Assembly: GCA_040005235.1 (NCBI GenBank)
Contig: JBDTZG010000001.1
Span: 224,001-288,000, forward strand
DNA: 64,000 nucleotides
Direction of reading: 5' to 3'
Origin: Acidobacteriota bacterium
GTDB taxonomy: Bacteria; Acidobacteriota; Thermoanaerobaculia; Multivoradales; UBA5704
Below are positions 1-9,560 of this stretch, piece after piece. Both the position numbers and the translations under genes were made by a program. Numbering within the stretch: the stretch's first letter is position 1; each line of letters starts with the position of its first letter. The notes under the pieces were generated by a model. That model saw nothing but the letters and a program-made list of their open reading frames with translations. It was not told the DNA's origin and made no database searches.

Positions 1-1262
1 CCACCCTTGCCGGCGGCGATCAACAGCCGCGCGCGCTGGAAAGCCGCGGTGGCCTTGCCGGGCGAATCGTCCTTGAGGTCGGCCGCCGCCTGGAGCAGGT
101 CGGCGGGCGTCTTGCCGTCGCCCGGAGCGACCGTCAAGGCCGCCACCAGCCAAGGTAGGGTGTGTGTCGCCCGCCAGTGTTCGAGCGCCTTGGCGGCCCC
201 CTGCGGGCTCGGCGCGCCGAAGACGTCGATCCACTCGGTGAGCGGATCGGGCTGAGCGGGATGGGCAGCGCGGCGGAGCAGATAGGAATAGTCGACCAGC
301 TGCCGGCCGAACGCCGCCGGTTCGATCTCGCGCGCGGCCAGGAGGCCGGCCAGCTCCGTCGTCCGTTCCGTCGGCCGGGCGCGGATCGCGATCCAATCGC
401 GCAGACGGCCGGCGGCCGGGTGCCACGCGGCGCGGTCCTTGTCCGCGATCAGCGCCGCCAGCTCCTGGTCGGCTTGGGCGAGGCGTTTTCGGTCGACCTG
501 CCCGGGGCTCAAAGAGGCCTGCCGCACGAGCGCCCGGGTCGCAAGATAGGGGGCGATGCCGCTCCAGGGGGAGGACTTCTCCTGGGCGATCGCCTGGAAG
601 CGTGACCGGGCGTCGTCGAATCGGCCGGCGTAGAGGCTCGCCGCCGCCATCTGGTAGCGCCGGTCGGCCACCAGCTCTACCGGCAGGCCGGGCTCAGGCG
701 CCGCGACGGCCGGCGCTTCGCCGCCGTCGACGCAGGAGGCGAACACGGCGTCCTGCGCCTTCACCCAAGAGGCGACCGCGGCGGGGAAACGGGTTCGCCG
801 GTCGGCGAGCGTAGCGATTGCGGTGCGAAACGCATCGGCCGGGCAATTCAGGTAGGGCACGGAGTCGGTGTACGCCTCACCCGATTCGTCGACCGCGGGG
901 ATCTCGACGTAGCGGTCGGTCGAGATCGACACGTCTTCGGCGCCCGGAACGGCCGCCTTCCGCGCCTCCAGCCAGGCGTTCGGCAGAGGCCAGACATCGC
1001 TTTCGTCCGGGCCGGCCGGCGCGAGGGCCGCCACGTCGCCGGCCGGAGTCGCCAAGCCGGAGAGGCGCCGCCAGGCCAGAACCTGCCAAGCCGTTTTGAG
1101 CGACGGGGAGAGCACGTCGAGGTGGCCGGAGAGGAAGCGTGCCGGATCGTCCGGTTCCTTCCTCCGGACGAATTCGGGCGGGCTGAAATCCGGCCCGCAG
1201 GCGGGAAGCGGCAGACTGGCGAGCAGCGTGGCGGCGAGCACGGCACGAAGGGAAACATTCAT
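1..1262 (-). CDS. Large exported helical protein, partner of the DUF3142 gene; 3' end lies outside the window
   Basis: Not in the ORF track because it has no stop in the window. ATG at 1262 overlaps the upstream TGA (ATGA). Reads MNVSLRAVLAATLLASLPLPACGPDF...YLNCPADAF...WVKAQDAVFASC and stays open to base 1. Confidence 0.75.
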   Translation of the reverse strand, partial: MNVSLRAVLAATLLASLPLPACGPDFSPPEFVRRKEPDDPARFLSGHLDVLSPSLKTAWQVLAWRRLSGLATPAGDVAALAPAGPDESDVWPLPNAWLEARKAAVPGAEDVSISTDRYVEIPAVDESGEAYTDSVPYLNCPADAFRTAIATLADRRTRFPAAVASWVKAQDAVFASCVDGGEAPAVAAPEPGLPVELVADRRYQMAAASLYAGRFDDARSRFQAIAQEKSSPWSGIAPYLATRALVRQASLSPGQVDRKRLAQADQELAALIADKDRAAWHPAAGRLRDWIAIRARPTERTTELAGLLAAREIEPAAFGRQLVDYSYLLRRAAHPAQPDPLTEWIDVFGAPSPQGAAKALEHWRATHTLPWLVAALTVAPGDGKTPADLLQAAADLKDDSPGKATAAFQRARLLIAAGKG

Positions 1263-2053
1263 CGATCGATCTCCCGAAGAGCGGATAGCAGAGCATGTCG
1301 CGTCCAGGGGTGCGGAGGGAAGAGGTAAACCGTACGACCGGGGAACTTTCCCGGCACGGGCTCGTCGGTGGCGAGTCCGACGCTGGTGCGGCAGAGGGGA
1401 AGCGAGAAGTCTCGGCCGCGCGCGAAGTGGCTGCGGATCGCCCCGCCTTCCGATCCCATGCGAAACAGCATCGGCACCGCCTCGTCGACGGGAAGGTCGG
1501 CGATCCAGGGATCTCCCAGACACCAGGAGGCGAGCGCGGTGATCGAGAGCGTCGTCTTGGCGGGCAGGCGGCGGCGCAGCTCGGTCAGCAGCGCGCGGTA
1601 GTACGGCCGCTGCAACCTCGTCGCATCGAAGTCGATCTGCAACCCGGTCGCGCGCCAGCGGGCGGGAAGCGGAGCGATCTGGGCGGCGAGGTCGGGGATC
1701 TCCCGCGCGAGGAGTCCGGGACCCGGCAGCAAACCGTGCGCCGCTTCGAGCCGGACCACGGCGAGCCGCGGGACCGCGTCCGGAAGGGCGATCGGCTGGC
1801 GGCGCAGCGCGAGCCGCGCCCCGCCCCGATCGATCCGCACCGTGCCGGCGAGCAGGGCCACGGCCGTGGTGTCTCCGTCGAGGAACAGGAGCCGCTCGGG
1901 ACGCTCCCACGCCCAGAGCACGATCGGCCGGCGGGCGACCCCCTGCGATTCGCCCGGCGCGCGGCAAGCCGGAAACGAAACCAGAGAGGCAACCCAGACG
2001 GCGCCGAAGGCGAGTCCTTTGCGACCTCTTGTCGTCCGAAGCGCCCTTGACAG
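1259..2053 (-). CDS. DUF3142 domain protein
   Basis: LWAWERPE, GLQIDFDA, LSITALASWC and EAVPMLFRMG motifs. The track ORF starts at 1921, but the frame extends upstream through a signal-peptide-like segment (RGRKGLAFGAVWVASLVSFPAC). True start uncertain, possibly CTG at 2053. Confidence 0.75.
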   Translation of the reverse strand: MSRALRTTRGRKGLAFGAVWVASLVSFPACRAPGESQGVARRPIVLWAWERPERLLFLDGDTTAVALLAGTVRIDRGGARLALRRQPIALPDAVPRLAVVRLEAAHGLLPGPGLLAREIPDLAAQIAPLPARWRATGLQIDFDATRLQRPYYRALLTELRRRLPAKTTLSITALASWCLGDPWIADLPVDEAVPMLFRMGSEGGAIRSHFARGRDFSLPLCRTSVGLATDEPVPGKFPGRTVYLFPPHPWTRHALLSALREIDR

Positions 2054-2078
2054 GAAAGAAACGAGGGTGGCCCGCGCT

Positions 2079-3158
2079 TTAGTTGAAGTAGCCCGCGACG
2101 TCCAGGATCACATGCACCGGACCGGTCGATTGGTTCGTCACCTGGATCGAGCCGCTCAGGCTGCCGACGGAGACGATCGCATTGTTGGTCCGCGTTTGGC
2201 CGGCCGAGAAGTTGATCGTGCTGACGTTGCCCGAAGGAGCCACGTCTCCCGCTCCGATCCTGAGGCTTCCCGTCGACGCCGCGCCGGTGACCGTGACCCG
2301 GAGCGCGATCGCCTTGGAGTTGTTGCCCAGGCCGAGGCCGTTGATCGGCAGGCCGCATTCGCCCCCGAGCCCGAACAACCGCGTTTCTCCGGATTGCAGC
2401 ACCGGCCCGCCGAGCGTTCCGGTCGGATTCCTCGTGTCAACCAACCGGCACGGGTTCAGGGTGTAGAAATCGCCGACCGGGATCGAGCAGGCGCGGACCG
2501 CTTTGCCGCTCTTCACGACGAGATTCCCCTCTTCGAGGCCGTTCGTCGTATCGATCGCGTGTTGGATGTAGTAATAGGTGACGCCCGGCGTCACGGTGGT
2601 GTCGGTGATCCCGTTGTTGATCGTGTGAAAGACGATCCGGTTGGCCGGGCCGGGAATGAAATTCGGGGCGGGCGAGCGGTAGAAGTTGTACACCGACGAG
2701 GCGCCGCAGAGCGGCCGCGCGTCGTCCGAAACCAGCACGAGAGCGCATTGCTGCGATTCGTCGTAGATGCCGCCCAGGCCCGGAAAGACCGGCGGAGCGA
2801 CGCAAGGGGCGCCCGATCGCGCCTCGACGCAGGCCGAATGCGGCCCGGGGACCAAAGAATCCTCGATCTCGTAGGAGTAGACCTGCCCGTCGGTGAGGCC
2901 GGTGTCCAAATAGGAGAGCTGGGGATAGAGGTCCACGATCCGCGTCGCGGGACCGGGTGCGCTGCACGGGCCGGCGGCGCGATAGATGCTGTAGAACGTG
3001 CTTTGATTGATCGCGGGGTGCCAGGCGATGCGGATCTGGCCGCTGGCCGGCGAGGCCGCATTCAGGATGGGCGGTAGGATCTGGCCCCGGACCGGAACCG
3101 AGGCGAGGCCGCCCAGAAGGAGAAACGCGAGCTTGGCTCTAATGAACACGATGGGCAT
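2079..3158 (-). CDS. Secreted protein with FnIII-like segments and a C-terminal 'PCRLxDTR...DVAGYF' domain
   Basis: N-terminal signal peptide; YSIYR...YLDTGL...YSYEI FnIII-like pattern; C-terminal domain shared with 37905..41342. Confidence 0.75.
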   Translation of the reverse strand: MPIVFIRAKLAFLLLGGLASVPVRGQILPPILNAASPASGQIRIAWHPAINQSTFYSIYRAAGPCSAPGPATRIVDLYPQLSYLDTGLTDGQVYSYEIEDSLVPGPHSACVEARSGAPCVAPPVFPGLGGIYDESQQCALVLVSDDARPLCGASSVYNFYRSPAPNFIPGPANRIVFHTINNGITDTTVTPGVTYYYIQHAIDTTNGLEEGNLVVKSGKAVRACSIPVGDFYTLNPCRLVDTRNPTGTLGGPVLQSGETRLFGLGGECGLPINGLGLGNNSKAIALRVTVTGAASTGSLRIGAGDVAPSGNVSTINFSAGQTRTNNAIVSVGSLSGSIQVTNQSTGPVHVILDVAGYFN

Positions 3159-3332
3159 AGTTTAGCATCGGAGCCGGAGGTGAGGCCGGATGGCCACAAA
3201 CTTCCAGAGCTCCGCGTTCGGCGTTTCATTTCGAGCCGCGCTCGACATCCCGTTACCGTTAAGATGGCTCCGAAATCCGAGGTTCATTGGCGGCGAAGGA
3301 CCTCGCACTTCCGAAATTGCCGGGGAGGCAGA

Positions 3333-4079
3333 GTGCAAGAGACGAGCAGCGCCCAGACGCCCCACGAGGTCTTACCCGCCTACTACGGCTCTTCCGCGGA
3401 GCGCCGCCCGTTCGTTCGCCGCCTGTTCGACGACGGCGCGCCGTACTACGAGAAGATCAACCGCTGGATGTCGTTCGGGACCGGAGTGTTCTACCGGAAG
3501 GATGCGCTCCGGCGGGCGGGTCTCACCGCGGGGATGAAGGTGCTCGACGTGGCGACCGGCACGGGAGTCGTAGCGCGCGCGGCGCTCGAATTGGTGGGAC
3601 CCGCGGGCAAGGTCATCGGGCTGGATCCGAGCGCCGGCATGCTCCACGAAGCGGAGCGCATCCCCGGTCTCCGCTGTGTGCGCGGCTTCGCCGAAGCGCT
3701 TCCCGTGGCCGATCGCAGCGTCGACTTCCTAAGCATGGGCTATGCCCTTCGGCACGTCGCGGACCTCGCCGCCACCTTCATCGAATACCGCCGCGTCCTC
3801 CGCGCCGGAGGGCGCCTGCTGATCCTGGAAATCGTCCGGCCGAAGAACCGGCTGACGCTCGCCTGGATTCGCTTCTACTTGAAAAGCCTGGTCCCCTGGC
3901 TCACCTCCATGGGATCCCGCGAAGCGCGTACGATGATGGAGTATTTCTGGGACACGATCGATGCCTGCGTCCCGCCGGAAGCGATCCTCCAGGCGCTCGA
4001 ACAAGCCGGCTTCGCCGATGTCCGGCGCGTGGCACAGTGGGGTTTTCTTACCGAGTACCAGGCGCGGCGGGTGGACTGA
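3333..4079 (+). CDS. Class I SAM-dependent methyltransferase, UbiE/MenG-like
   Basis: VLDVATGTG motif I, GLDPSAGML, MGYALRHV, EYRRVLRAGGRLLILE. GGAGG RBS before GTG 3333 (track ORF starts at 3180). Confidence 0.85.
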   Translation: MQETSSAQTPHEVLPAYYGSSAERRPFVRRLFDDGAPYYEKINRWMSFGTGVFYRKDALRRAGLTAGMKVLDVATGTGVVARAALELVGPAGKVIGLDPSAGMLHEAERIPGLRCVRGFAEALPVADRSVDFLSMGYALRHVADLAATFIEYRRVLRAGGRLLILEIVRPKNRLTLAWIRFYLKSLVPWLTSMGSREARTMMEYFWDTIDACVPPEAILQALEQAGFADVRRVAQWGFLTEYQARRVD

Positions 4080-4126
4080 GCTTCCGCTCGAAAGCCCGCT
4101 CAATTTTCTTGCGAACCCCATCGATC

Positions 4127-4157
4127 GAAAGGGCGGCCCGGAGCGGACCGCCCTTTC
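4127..4157. terminator. Hairpin between convergent units, probable terminator
   Basis: GAAAGGGCGG...CCGCCCTTTC perfect 10-bp stem. Confidence 0.55.
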
Positions 4158-4181
4158 CTACTGTTCCATGGGAAGGGTCGG

Positions 4182-4310
4182 TCAAGTCGCGCGGGGGGCA
4201 TCCCTCCGACGCAGGAACAACGTTCCCAGAACGACGAGCAAGAGGATGAGCACTCCGAGGCCCCAAGGTGTTGTTGCGAGAATGTTAGCACGAGAGGTCA
4301 GCTGGACGTA
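4182..4310 (-). pseudogene. Orphan C-terminal sorting-tail remnant (IPTL-CTERM-like)
   Basis: Reads YVQLTSRANILATTPWGLGVLILLLVVLGTLFLRRRDAPRAT*. No start codon upstream of the motif before an in-frame stop at 4382-4380. Confidence 0.5.
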
Positions 4311-4348
4311 GCCGCAACCGGATTTCGGCCTCGGGATCGATCTGCACC

Positions 4349-4395
4349 TTGCACTACTCAGGACGTTGAGTAAAATTACTCAGCGTATTGAGTAA
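4349..4395 (+). promoter_or_regulatory. sigma70-type promoter overlapped by two palindromic operators
   Basis: TTGCAC (4349-4354), 16 nt, TAAAAT (4371-4376); TACTCA-N6-TGAGTA at 4355-4372 and 4377-4394. Confidence 0.7.
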
Positions 4396-4402
4396 TCCGT
4401 CG

Positions 4403-5599
4403 ATGCCCTTCACTCGCCCACAGAGCGCTGTTCTGGCGCGCCGCCTCCGCGAACCGCGCCGATTGGTAATCGTCGTGGCGGGGCCGCGACAGGTCGGGAA
4501 GACCACCCTGGTGCTGCAAGTTACCGAGGCCTCGGGCCTCGTGACGCGCTACGCGAGCGCGGACGAGCCCACGCTTCGGGGTTCGTCTTGGCTGGAGCAG
4601 CAATGGGAGGCCGCGCGTCTCTCGGCCGTCGAGGCCGGAGGGCGCGGCGCCGTGCTGGTTATCGACGAGGTCCAGAAGCTCACCGGCTGGTCCGAGACCG
4701 TCAAGCGGCTGTGGGACGAGGACACCCGCGCCAAGCGCCGCCTTCGGGTAGTGCTTCTCGGCTCGGCGCCGCTGCTGATCCAGCAGGGCCTCACCGAGAG
4801 TTTGGCGGGGAGGTTCGAGACGCTCTATCTACCGCACTGGTCGTTCTCCGAAATGCACGACGCGTTCGGCTGGAACGTCGAGCGGTATATCTACTTCGGC
4901 GGTTACCCGGGTGCGGCACCTCTCGCCCGGGAGCCGCAGCGATGGGCGCGCTACGTCCTCGACTCGTTGATCGAAACCACGATCTCGCGCGATGTCCTGC
5001 TCATGTCCCGGGTCGACAAGCCAGCCCTGCTGCGGCGGCTGTTCCAACTCGGGAGCAGCTACTCCGGCCAGATCCTCTCGTATACCAAGATGCTAGGGCA
5101 GCTCGCGGACGCCGGAAACACCACGACGCTTGCGCACTATCTGGACCTTCTCGGAGGGGCAGGAATGCTGGTCGGACTGCCGAAGTTCGCGGGCGAGGTG
5201 GTGCGGCAGAGAGGGGCAAGCCCGAAACTTCAGGTGCTCAACACGGCACTGATGACCGCCCCATCGGGGCTCTCCCCGAAACAGGTGCGCGCGGACCGCG
5301 AGCTGTGGGGCCGGCTGGTCGAATCGGCCGTCGGGGCACATCTCGCGAACGCCGCCGCAGCGGGGATTTGCGAGCTGTTCTATTGGCGGGAGCGCGATCG
5401 GGAGGTGGACTTCGTCGTCCGGCGCGGGCGATCGCTCACTGCGATCGAGGTCAAGAGCGGCACGAATCGCGAAGTCCCCGCGGGCCTCGAAGCGTTTGCA
5501 GCCGCCTACCAACCGAAGCGCTCGCTTCTGGTCGGCGGCGACGGCATCCCGCTCGAAGAGTTCCTCGGCAAGCCGGTGGAGCATTGGGTCCCGGCCTGA
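4403..5599 (+). CDS. ATP-binding protein (AAA_14 + DUF4143) with C-terminal PD-(D/E)XK-like motif
   Basis: Walker A GPRQVGKT, Walker B VIDEVQ, ESLAGR, GGYP, EVDFVV...IEVKS. Confidence 0.9.
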   Translation: MPFTRPQSAVLARRLREPRRLVIVVAGPRQVGKTTLVLQVTEASGLVTRYASADEPTLRGSSWLEQQWEAARLSAVEAGGRGAVLVIDEVQKLTGWSETVKRLWDEDTRAKRRLRVVLLGSAPLLIQQGLTESLAGRFETLYLPHWSFSEMHDAFGWNVERYIYFGGYPGAAPLAREPQRWARYVLDSLIETTISRDVLLMSRVDKPALLRRLFQLGSSYSGQILSYTKMLGQLADAGNTTTLAHYLDLLGGAGMLVGLPKFAGEVVRQRGASPKLQVLNTALMTAPSGLSPKQVRADRELWGRLVESAVGAHLANAAAAGICELFYWRERDREVDFVVRRGRSLTAIEVKSGTNREVPAGLEAFAAAYQPKRSLLVGGDGIPLEEFLGKPVEHWVPA

Positions 5600-5809
5600 G
5601 CTCCGAGCCTTCGATGTGCTCGATGGCGAACACAAACCGCACCGTGTTGAAACTCAAGAGCGCAACCGCGACTCGAAGAACGAGGCCGGGAACGCCGCGT
5701 GCCGGCGCCCGGAGTTGCGAGGGACCAGCCGAAAACCGCGCACCGATCGGCGGTTTCCGCGCCCCCGTGCGGCGAACGCAGCTCCCGGTCGCCGAGCGCT
5801 GCGATCTGG

Positions 5810-6180
5810 GTGCCGAACGTTGGGCGGCGCAGCGCGAACGCTGCGCACAGGTGCGCGGACGCTACGCACCGGAATTTCGAACGCAAGAAGCGCAACGCAG
5901 AGCGCGAGCGCCGCTCTGCCGAACACAAGTGCTGCTACGCCGAGCGCAAGATGTGGCGCGCGACGTCCCGGAAGCGGTTCGCCGCGCGCGGGGACCCGTC
6001 CCCGGCGTCCGGAACGCAGCGCTTTGTGTTCCCGGCGCGCACGGTAGCGTTCGAAATCCAGGTCGTTGCGTTCGCGCACCTGTGCGTTGCGTCCGCGTAC
6101 CGGTGCATTGCGTTCGTGTCGTGCCCGGTTGCGTTTGGCCACCGGGAAGGTGCGTTCGCGAAGCGGGTCCGGAATGTCGG
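5810..6180. repeat. Degenerate ~21-bp tandem repeats arranged as a large inverted repeat
   Basis: GAACGC/GGACGC recurs on the left and GCGTTC/GCGTCC recurs every ~21 bp on the right. 5834-5884 is an imperfect reverse complement of 6047-6096. Confidence 0.65.
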
Positions 6181-6208
6181 GCAGCGGGCCGTCGTTTTCG
6201 CGTAGCGG

Positions 6209-7405
6209 TCAGCCCACGGCGGCAACCACCTCCCGCACGTTCGCGCCCTCTTCCGCCACCCGATCCAACGCCCGTTCCAGATCGTCCAGCAGGTCGCGCA
6301 CGTCTTCCAGTCCCACCGACAGGCGCAGCAGCTCCGACGTGATCCCGGCCCGCGCTCGCGCCTCTTCGCTCATCGCGGCGTGGGTCATGGTCGCCGGGTG
6401 GGCGATCAAACTCTCCACACCGCCGAGCGATTCGGCGAGGGTGAAACAGGCGAGCCCTTGGACGAAGCGCTCGACCGCGCCCGGGAGGGGATGCAGCTCG
6501 AAGCTCACCATCCCGCCGTAGCCCGCCTGCTGCCGTTTCGCGATCTCGTGCCCCGGATGGTCGGAGAGGCCGGGATAGTGGACCCGGGCGACGCCTGGCT
6601 GCTCGGCGAGGAACGCGGCCACGGCGCGGGCGTTTTCTTCATGGACGCGCATCCGGGCAGAAAGTGTGCGTAGGCCGCGGAGCGTGAGGTAGCTGTCGAA
6701 CGGCGCGCCGGTTAAACCGACCGCATTGGCCCACCAGCCGAGGCGTTCCAGCAAGGCCGGATCTTTCGCCACCACCGCGCCGCCTACGACGTCGCTGTGA
6801 CCGTTCAGATATTTGGTGGTCGAATGGATCACCAGATCGGCGCCGAGCGCGATTGGTTGTTGGAGAGCGGGGGAGAGGAAAGTGTTATCGACGGCCACCC
6901 GGGCGCCGTGCGCATGAGCCAACGCGGCGAGCCGGGTGAGATCGTAGATCCGCAATAGGGGATTGGATGGGCTTTCGATCCATACCCACGCCGGGCGCCG
7001 GGCGAGCGCTTCGCCGAGGGCCGCCGGGTCGCCATAATCGACGAAATCGACGTCGATCCAACCTTTTTCCGCATAGTGGCGCAGCAGGCGATAGGTGCCG
7101 CCGTAGCCGTCGTGCTGGGCGAGCAGCCGATCGCCGGGGGAGAGCAGATGGAGCATCAGGGCCACGGCGGACATGCCGCTCGACGTGACCACCGCGCCCG
7201 CGCCCCCTTCGAGCGCCGCGATCGTCTCGCCGAGCTGGTCGCGGGTAGGGTTCCGGGTCCTTGAATACTCATAGGCGCCGGGCCGTTTGAAGCCGGCAAA
7301 CGCGTAGGTCGCCGAAAGCGTGATCGGCGGCATCACGGCGCCGGTCGTCGGATCGGAACCGATCCCTGCGCGAACCGCGCGGGTGGTCGAACGGAAGGCG
7401 GTCAT
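6209..7405 (-). CDS. metB: Cystathionine gamma-synthase
   Basis: YEYSRTRNPT, SSGMSA, ESPSNP, DNTF, PLP lysine HSTTKYLNGHSD, AESLGGVESL; lies in the met operon. Confidence 0.92.
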   Translation of the reverse strand: MTAFRSTTRAVRAGIGSDPTTGAVMPPITLSATYAFAGFKRPGAYEYSRTRNPTRDQLGETIAALEGGAGAVVTSSGMSAVALMLHLLSPGDRLLAQHDGYGGTYRLLRHYAEKGWIDVDFVDYGDPAALGEALARRPAWVWIESPSNPLLRIYDLTRLAALAHAHGARVAVDNTFLSPALQQPIALGADLVIHSTTKYLNGHSDVVGGAVVAKDPALLERLGWWANAVGLTGAPFDSYLTLRGLRTLSARMRVHEENARAVAAFLAEQPGVARVHYPGLSDHPGHEIAKRQQAGYGGMVSFELHPLPGAVERFVQGLACFTLAESLGGVESLIAHPATMTHAAMSEEARARAGITSELLRLSVGLEDVRDLLDDLERALDRVAEEGANVREVVAAVG

Positions 7406-8415
7406 CGCGCCACCTCCGCGAGATCCGAGCGGACGATCGCGCCGATCGTCTCCTCTTCTTTGAGGAACGCGTCGTGGCCGTAGCGCGTATCGATTTCGAT
7501 CAGTCGAACCGGTCCGGCGATCCGCCCCGCCAGATCGCGGATCTGCTCGACCGGCACCAGCTCGTCGGACGTGGCGGCGACGAGCGTGACCGGTGAGCTG
7601 ATCTTTTCCGGTTCTACCCTATGCAGGTCGATCGCGAGCGACAGCGAGAGGAACGCCTCGGGGAAAAAGCGCGAAGCGAAATCGCGACCGCGCGCTTCGA
7701 GATAAGACTCCACCGCGAAACGCGCCCTGCCTTCGAGCACCGTCGGCGGATCGGTGAACCGCTCGGCCAGCTCGCGCCGGCTGCGATAGGTGGTGAGCGC
7801 GAGGCCGCGCGCCAGCTCCAAGGCTTCCGGCCCTTCGCCGTGCCGGCTTCCCAGCTCGACGATCCGCCGTTGAATGCTCCGCCAGGCGGAGGCGTGCGGA
7901 TGGCTCTCATGCGCCGCGGAGATCGCCGTCACGCCGCGGAGCCGCTTGGGGGTGAGGGCGGCAAACGCCAGGCCCACCATGCCGCCGTACGAGGCGCCGA
8001 CGAAGCGATCGATCGTTTCGATTCCCAAGTCGTCGAGCAGCGCGAGCAGCGCCCGCGCCTGGTCTTGGGACGAGACGATCGGAAACTCGCTCGATGAATC
8101 CGCGCCCCGCGCCGGCCCCGAGGAGGCGCCGATTCCGCCGAGCCAGTCGGTCGAAAGAACCCGACAACGGTCGGTGTCGATCGCGCGTTCCGGGCCAACC
8201 ACCCCCTGCCACCAGCCCGGGGAAGGATCAAGGCTCGTTGCGGTGACGTGGCGGCCGGCGGAGATCCCTCCTTGCACCACCACCAGCGGCGCGTCGGGCG
8301 GCCCGGTCAGCTCGAACGCGAGCAGCCCGGAACGGAGTGCGCCGCCATGCTCGAGCGGAAATTCGAGCGGCAGATGGTACAGGCCGGTTCCCGCCGTGAT
8401 CTCGACCGCGCTCAT
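7402..8415 (-). CDS. metX: Homoserine O-acyl (succinyl/acetyl) transferase, alpha/beta hydrolase fold
   Basis: GGISA, GWWQ, nucleophile GASYGGM, YGHDAFLKE; ATG 8415 overlaps the upstream stop. Confidence 0.9.
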   Translation of the reverse strand: MSAVEITAGTGLYHLPLEFPLEHGGALRSGLLAFELTGPPDAPLVVVQGGISAGRHVTATSLDPSPGWWQGVVGPERAIDTDRCRVLSTDWLGGIGASSGPARGADSSSEFPIVSSQDQARALLALLDDLGIETIDRFVGASYGGMVGLAFAALTPKRLRGVTAISAAHESHPHASAWRSIQRRIVELGSRHGEGPEALELARGLALTTYRSRRELAERFTDPPTVLEGRARFAVESYLEARGRDFASRFFPEAFLSLSLAIDLHRVEPEKISSPVTLVAATSDELVPVEQIRDLAGRIAGPVRLIEIDTRYGHDAFLKEEETIGAIVRSDLAEVAR

Positions 8416-9560
8416 GCGACACCTCCCGCCACGACGGTCTCGAAGCTTCGCGCCGATGCTCGGCCCAAACCGCGAGCCAAGGCGAGCACGTCGGCCAGAA
8501 GCGCCTCGGCCGTCCCCTCCGGCCCCAGGCCGGAGCCGACGTGAACGCGCAGGCCGCGCCCGGTCTTGTAGGCATAGACCACACGATCCGAAGGAACCGC
8601 GAGATGGCTGCCGCGCGGGATCTCTTCGTAGGCGAGGCTGAAACTTCCGTCGCGCGAGGCGCGGCCGATCAACCGCGTGGTGGACCGGCGATCCCGCCGC
8701 TCGCGAAGCAAGTCGGGATCGAGCGCGTGGAGATTCAACTTCGCAACGTCTGCAGGCGAGAGCGGGAAACCCCACAACGCGCGCACGACGATCGAGAGCT
8801 TCACCGCCGCGTCCGAACCGTCGAGATCCTGTGCCGGATCGGTTTCGAGCAGCCCGCGCCGGGTGGCGGAAGCGATCCCCTCTTGGCGGCTCCGGCCCGC
8901 TTCGATCTCTTCGATCAACGCGGTGGTCGAGGCATTGCCTACTATCTCCACTGCGGTACAGGTCGCGCGAAGGTCCGCCATCTCGGCGGTGAGATGCGCC
9001 CCCGTGCCGCCGAGCACGGCGTTCAATCCGACCCGCGAATGATTCCGCGGAGAGAGGAGATCCTCGCCGGCAAAGCAGAGGGCGTCTTTGGCGGCGAGCG
9101 CCAACCGCGCGCCACGGTCGAGGATCGAGCGGCAGCGGCTGGCGGCGATCTCGGGTTGGGCGAGATCGGTCGGAGTCGCATCGATCACCAAGTCGGCGCC
9201 GACCAACGCAAGCCCGTCCTCGGTCGAAATCGCGAGCCCGCCGTGATGCGGCCCGAGCGATCCGCCGCGCGATTTGAAAGCCGCGACGGCGCGCGGCTCC
9301 AGGCCGCGGGGATCGAACAGGGTGCCGGTCGAATCGGAGACGGCGAGCAAGCGCAGCGGCAGGCGGGCGATCCGTTCGAGGAACGCGCGTCCCACTTTGC
9401 CGGGACCGAGAAGGTGGAGCGTGGGAATCGAAGAGGGCGAGTACGTCGAGGCTAAGGATGGGTGAAGCGTCTCGGCAGAGGCGGCCGAAATGGGCGAAGT
9501 GGGCGAGCTTCCCGAACAGGTGAATCCGGAGGAGGGCGAGGCGGAGGCGGCGGTCGTCAT
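8412..9560 (-). CDS. hom: Homoserine dehydrogenase, stand-alone and divergent
   Basis: LLGPGKVG Rossmann motif, IDATPT, AAKDAL, ETDPAQDLDGSDAAVKL; first gene of the met operon. Confidence 0.8.
   Translation of the reverse strand: MTTAASASPSSGFTCSGSSPTSPISAASAETLHPSLASTYSPSSIPTLHLLGPGKVGRAFLERIARLPLRLLAVSDSTGTLFDPRGLEPRAVAAFKSRGGSLGPHHGGLAISTEDGLALVGADLVIDATPTDLAQPEIAASRCRSILDRGARLALAAKDALCFAGEDLLSPRNHSRVGLNAVLGGTGAHLTAEMADLRATCTAVEIVGNASTTALIEEIEAGRSRQEGIASATRRGLLETDPAQDLDGSDAAVKLSIVVRALWGFPLSPADVAKLNLHALDPDLLRERRDRRSTTRLIGRASRDGSFSLAYEEIPRGSHLAVPSDRVVYAYKTGRGLRVHVGSGLGPEGTAEALLADVLALARGLGRASARSFETVVAGGVA

Noticed and set aside
4588-6342. 584-aa ORF with CVRxP repeats
   Set aside because: Alternative frame over the AAA gene plus the repeat region; Arg/Ala/Pro-rich shadow composition
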